Shown: piece by piece, positions 27,760 to 30,612 of the stretch | Position numbering within the stretch: position 1 is the first letter of the stretch | Layout: each line of letters starts with the position of its first letter | Virus record (IMG/VR): IMGVR_UViG_2859827302_000008 | From: a virus | Taxonomy: Duplodnaviria; Heunggongvirae; Uroviricota; Caudoviricetes | Reading direction: 5' to 3' (one strand) | Length of the DNA stretch: 30,612 bases | Notes under the pieces: model-generated | The model's database searches: none | What the model was told of the DNA's origin: nothing | Seen by the model: only the letters and a program-made list of their open reading frames with translations | Program-made: the position numbers and the translations under genes

Positions 27760-29445
27760 TTATCCTAATCCTGGCCATACCATGACGATGATTGTCCCTG
27801 CCAGCGTCAGCAGGACGTTGGCGATTGCGTAGGTGCCCGCATAGCCCAGCGCAGGGATGTTACTGCGAGCTGTATCACTGATGATCTCCATTGCCGGCGC
27901 GCAGGTGCGTGCGCCCATCATTGCGCCGAACAACAGTGCGCGGTTCATTCGCAATACATAAGCACCGAACAAGAAACAGATAACCACGGGCACAAGACTG
28001 ACAATTAATCCGGCAATCAACATCTGACCGCCAATCGCGGCCAGGCCGTTATTAATACCGCTACCGGCGCTCAGACCAACGCCTGCCATAAACACCATCA
28101 AGCCGAACTCTTTCACCATGCTTAATGCACCTTGCGGAATGTAACCGAAGGTCGGGTGGTTAGCACGCATAAAGCCCAGCATAATTCCGGCGAATAACAA
28201 CCCGGCAGCGTTCCCCATGCCGAAACTGAATGTGCTGAACTGGAAGGTGATCATCCCGATCATCAGCCCAATAACAAAGAAGGCGCAAAATGCCAGCAGG
28301 TCAGTGACCTGGCTGTGAATCGAGATAAAGCCGATGCGATCGGCAATGGTTTTTACGCGACGGGCATCACCGCTGACTTGTAAAACGTCACCTTTGTTAA
28401 GCACGACGTTGTCATCTATCGGCATCTCAATCTGGCTACGAATGACGCGGTTAAGGAAGCAACCGTGATCGGTCAACTTCAGTTGTGCGAGACGTTTACC
28501 TACAGCGTTATGGTTTTTAACGACCACTTCTTCAGTGACGATACGCATGTCGAGAAGGTCACGATCGAAAACTTCTTTACCGTTACGGAAGCTGGGATCG
28601 AGTCGGGCATGGGCGTCGGGATAGCCTACCAACGCTATTTCATCGCCCATTTGTAGCACGGCATCACCGTCTGGATTTGCCAGAATCCCGTTACGTCGAA
28701 TACGTTCAATGTAGCAGCCGGTTTGTCGATAAATACCCAGTTCACGCAGATTTTTGCCGTCGGTCCAGGCCACCAGCTCCGGGCCGACGCGATAGGCGCG
28801 GATCACCGGTAAATAAACCTTACGGTTGGCATCAGTGTCCAGGCCACGTTCGCGGGCGATTTGCTGGGCGCTGGTCTGTAAGTCCTGATGCTGCAATTTC
28901 GGCAAGTAACGCGCACCAACAATCAAACTCACCAGACCGATTAAATAGGTTAAGGCATACCCGAGGCTCAGATTATCCAGTGCCAGTGAGAGCTGCCTGC
29001 TTTCCATGCCGGAATGACGCAGTGTATCGCCAGCACCGACCAGAACCGGTGTCGACGTCATAGAGCCTGCTAACATACCGGCCGTCAGGCCAATATCCCA
29101 GCCAAACAGCTTACCTAACCCTAAGGCGATCACCAGCGCACTGCCAACCATCACCAGTGCTAACATTAGGTAATTTTTCCCATCGCGAAAAAAAATGGAA
29201 AAAAAGTTCGGTCCGGCTTCGACCCCGACGCAGAAAATAAACAGCATAAAGCCAAGATTAAGCGCATCGGTGTTAATGCTGAAATGTTGTTGGCCTAATA
29301 ACAGCGATACGACTAAAACGCCAATGGAATTACCCAGTTGGATCGAACCAAGTCGTAACTTTCCGAGACATAGCCCAAGCGCGAGGACCACAAATAATAA
29401 CAGAATGTAATTCCCATTTAACAATTCGGCGACGTTTATATTCAC
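27760..29445 (-). CDS. ybjL: Putative transport protein YbjL
   Basis: 561-aa ORF: two multi-helix membrane domains flanking cytoplasmic TrkA-C-like regions; translation recognised as E. coli YbjL. Confidence 0.9.
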   Translation of the reverse strand: MNINVAELLNGNYILLLFVVLALGLCLGKLRLGSIQLGNSIGVLVVSLLLGQQHFSINTDALNLGFMLFIFCVGVEAGPNFFSIFFRDGKNYLMLALVMVGSALVIALGLGKLFGWDIGLTAGMLAGSMTSTPVLVGAGDTLRHSGMESRQLSLALDNLSLGYALTYLIGLVSLIVGARYLPKLQHQDLQTSAQQIARERGLDTDANRKVYLPVIRAYRVGPELVAWTDGKNLRELGIYRQTGCYIERIRRNGILANPDGDAVLQMGDEIALVGYPDAHARLDPSFRNGKEVFDRDLLDMRIVTEEVVVKNHNAVGKRLAQLKLTDHGCFLNRVIRSQIEMPIDDNVVLNKGDVLQVSGDARRVKTIADRIGFISIHSQVTDLLAFCAFFVIGLMIGMITFQFSTFSFGMGNAAGLLFAGIMLGFMRANHPTFGYIPQGALSMVKEFGLMVFMAGVGLSAGSGINNGLAAIGGQMLIAGLIVSLVPVVICFLFGAYVLRMNRALLFGAMMGARTCAPAMEIISDTARSNIPALGYAGTYAIANVLLTLAGTIIVMVWPGLG

Positions 29446-29714
29446 GGAGGCTAACTTCTTGTTTACTAGTAAGCTGTTGAAAGAAATGGTAATTTACGAT
29501 AATGTTTTTTACCAGAATTCAGGGCGCAGATTCATTCAGCGCACCTAAACGATAGTAAAGTAACAATGTATTTTACTAGTGTAATCACATTAGGTATCAA
29601 CGGCTATATGAATTGCGTTGGCCTATATTAGCATGGAATGCGAAGCGGCTTTATCTTACTGAACGCCACACTGGCGAAAAATGTGTTCGATAGACGCAGT
29701 GTCAGGAGGAACGA

Positions 29715-30092
29715 GTGAAACATAAACAACGTTGGGCGGGGGCAATCTGCTGTTTTGTCCTCTTCATTGTGGTGTGCCTTTTTCTGGCGACGTACATGAA
29801 AGGCGCTTTTCGGGCTGCCGGGCATCCTGAAATCGGCTTGCTGTTTTTCATTCTTCCTGGAGCAGTTGCCAGTTTCTTTTCACAGCGTAGAGAAGTCCTG
29901 AAACCTCTATTTGGCGCAATGCTGGCGGCACCCTGTTCAATGCTCATTATGCGGCTGTTTTTTTCACCGACGCGCTCATTCTGGCAAGAGCTGGCATGGT
30001 TACTAAGCGCGGTGTTCTGGTGTGCGCTGGGGGCACTGTGTTTCTTATTTATCAGTAGTTTGTTTAAACCACAGCACAGAAAAAATCAGTAA
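29715..30092 (+). CDS. ybjM: Inner membrane protein YbjM
   Basis: 125-aa hydrophobic ORF, GTG start with AGGAGG ribosome-binding site, in the ybjL-ybjM-grxA arrangement known from E. coli K-12. Confidence 0.8.
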   Translation: MKHKQRWAGAICCFVLFIVVCLFLATYMKGAFRAAGHPEIGLLFFILPGAVASFFSQRREVLKPLFGAMLAAPCSMLIMRLFFSPTRSFWQELAWLLSAVFWCALGALCFLFISSLFKPQHRKNQ

Positions 30093-30093
30093 A

Positions 30094-30110
30094 GCCCTCA
30101 ACGCGAGGGC
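30094..30110. terminator. Weak hairpin between convergent ybjM and grxA, possible bidirectional terminator
   Basis: GCCCTC-aacgc-GAGGGC followed by TT on plus and TTT on minus. Confidence 0.3.
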
Positions 30111-30121
30111 TTGTCAGACGA

Positions 30122-30303
30122 TCAGGCGTCCAGATTTTCTTTCACCCATGCAGCAAAATCGGTATAGCCGCCGATATGTTGCTGATCGACAAAAATCTGC
30201 GGCACGGTTTCTACGGGTTTACCTGCCTTTTGTGGTAGATCTTCTTTAGTGATCCCTTCCGCACGAATATCTACATACTGATACTGAAAATCATCGCGTT
30301 CAT
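30122..30303 (-). pseudogene. grxA: Glutaredoxin 1 gene grxA, 3' fragment (codons ~27 to 85) interrupted by IS1
   Basis: Minus-strand translation ERDDFQYQYVDIRAEGITKEDLPQKAGKPVETVPQIFVDQQHIGGYTDFAAWVKENLDA-stop; the frame runs straight into the IS1 terminus at 30304. This fragment lacks the CPYC active site. Confidence 0.8.
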
Positions 30304-30612
30304 GGTAATGACTCCAACTTACTGATAGTGTTTTATGTTCAGATAATGCCCGATGACCTTGTCATGCAGCTCCACCGATTTTGAGAACGACAGTGACTTC
30401 CGTCCCAGCCTTGCCAGATGTTGTCTCAGATTCAGATTATGTCGCTCAATGCGCTGAGTGTAACGCTTGCTGATAACGTGCAGCTTTCCCTTCAGGCGTG
30501 ATTCATACAGAGGCCAGCCATCCGTCATCCATACCACGACCTCAAAGGCCGACAGCAGGCTCAGAAGACGCTCCAGTGTGGCCAGAGTGCGTTCACCGAA
30601 GACGTGCGCCAC
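30304..30612 (-). mobile_element. IS1, partial (continues beyond window), inverted relative to the first copy
   Basis: Terminus GGTAATGACTCCAACTTACTGAT at 30304 followed by the insB reading frame on the minus strand. Confidence 0.9.
30319..30612 (-). CDS. insB: IS1 InsB, 3' portion (partial at window edge)
   Basis: 97-aa translation identical to the C-terminal part of InsB from the IS1 at 18591..19094. Confidence 0.85.
   Translation of the reverse strand: MAHVFGERTLATLERLLSLLSAFEVVVWMTDGWPLYESRLKGKLHVISKRYTQRIERHNLNLRQHLARLGRKSLSFSKSVELHDKVIGHYLNIKHYQ

Noticed and set aside
30022-30249. 75-aa plus-strand ORF downstream of ybjM
   Set aside because: Antisense to the clearly recognisable grxA 3' fragment.

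Overview
This window is the replication-to-tail portion of a degraded P2-like prophage plus adjacent E. coli-type chromosome (ybjL, ybjM, grxA). All calls come from reading the sequence and ORF translations; no database search or computation was run, and family names, consensus motifs and reference protein sizes are recalled from memory. Phage genes left to right: a truncated dam methylase, replication gene A, a LexA-box-fronted small-ORF/dinI-like operon, portal Q and terminase P on the minus strand, then O, N, M, L, X, holin, endolysin, lysA/B/C, R, S, an invertase, FI, FII, E/E', T, U, D and ogr. The most interesting element is a strongly AT-rich two-gene cargo at 7040..9554 in the variable slot between gene A and portal gene Q. 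It encodes a 549-aa ABC-type ATPase with an unassigned ~220-aa N-terminal domain, overlapped by a 293-aa HNH-type nuclease. I read this as a candidate anti-phage defence system with a Septu-like (ATPase plus HNH) architecture; the family cannot be assigned without profile searches. The prophage is clearly defective. An IS3-family element truncates dam, and an IS66-family element with a perfect 8-bp target duplication splits gene A. Four late genes (Q, P, L, D) each carry one in-frame nonsense codon in an otherwise full-length frame. An IS1 replaces the baseplate and tail-fibre genes, leaving an orphan tail-fibre tip, a gix-like site and a Pin-like invertase. A second, oppositely oriented IS1 interrupts host grxA at the window end. 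No rRNA, tRNA or CRISPR array was seen.
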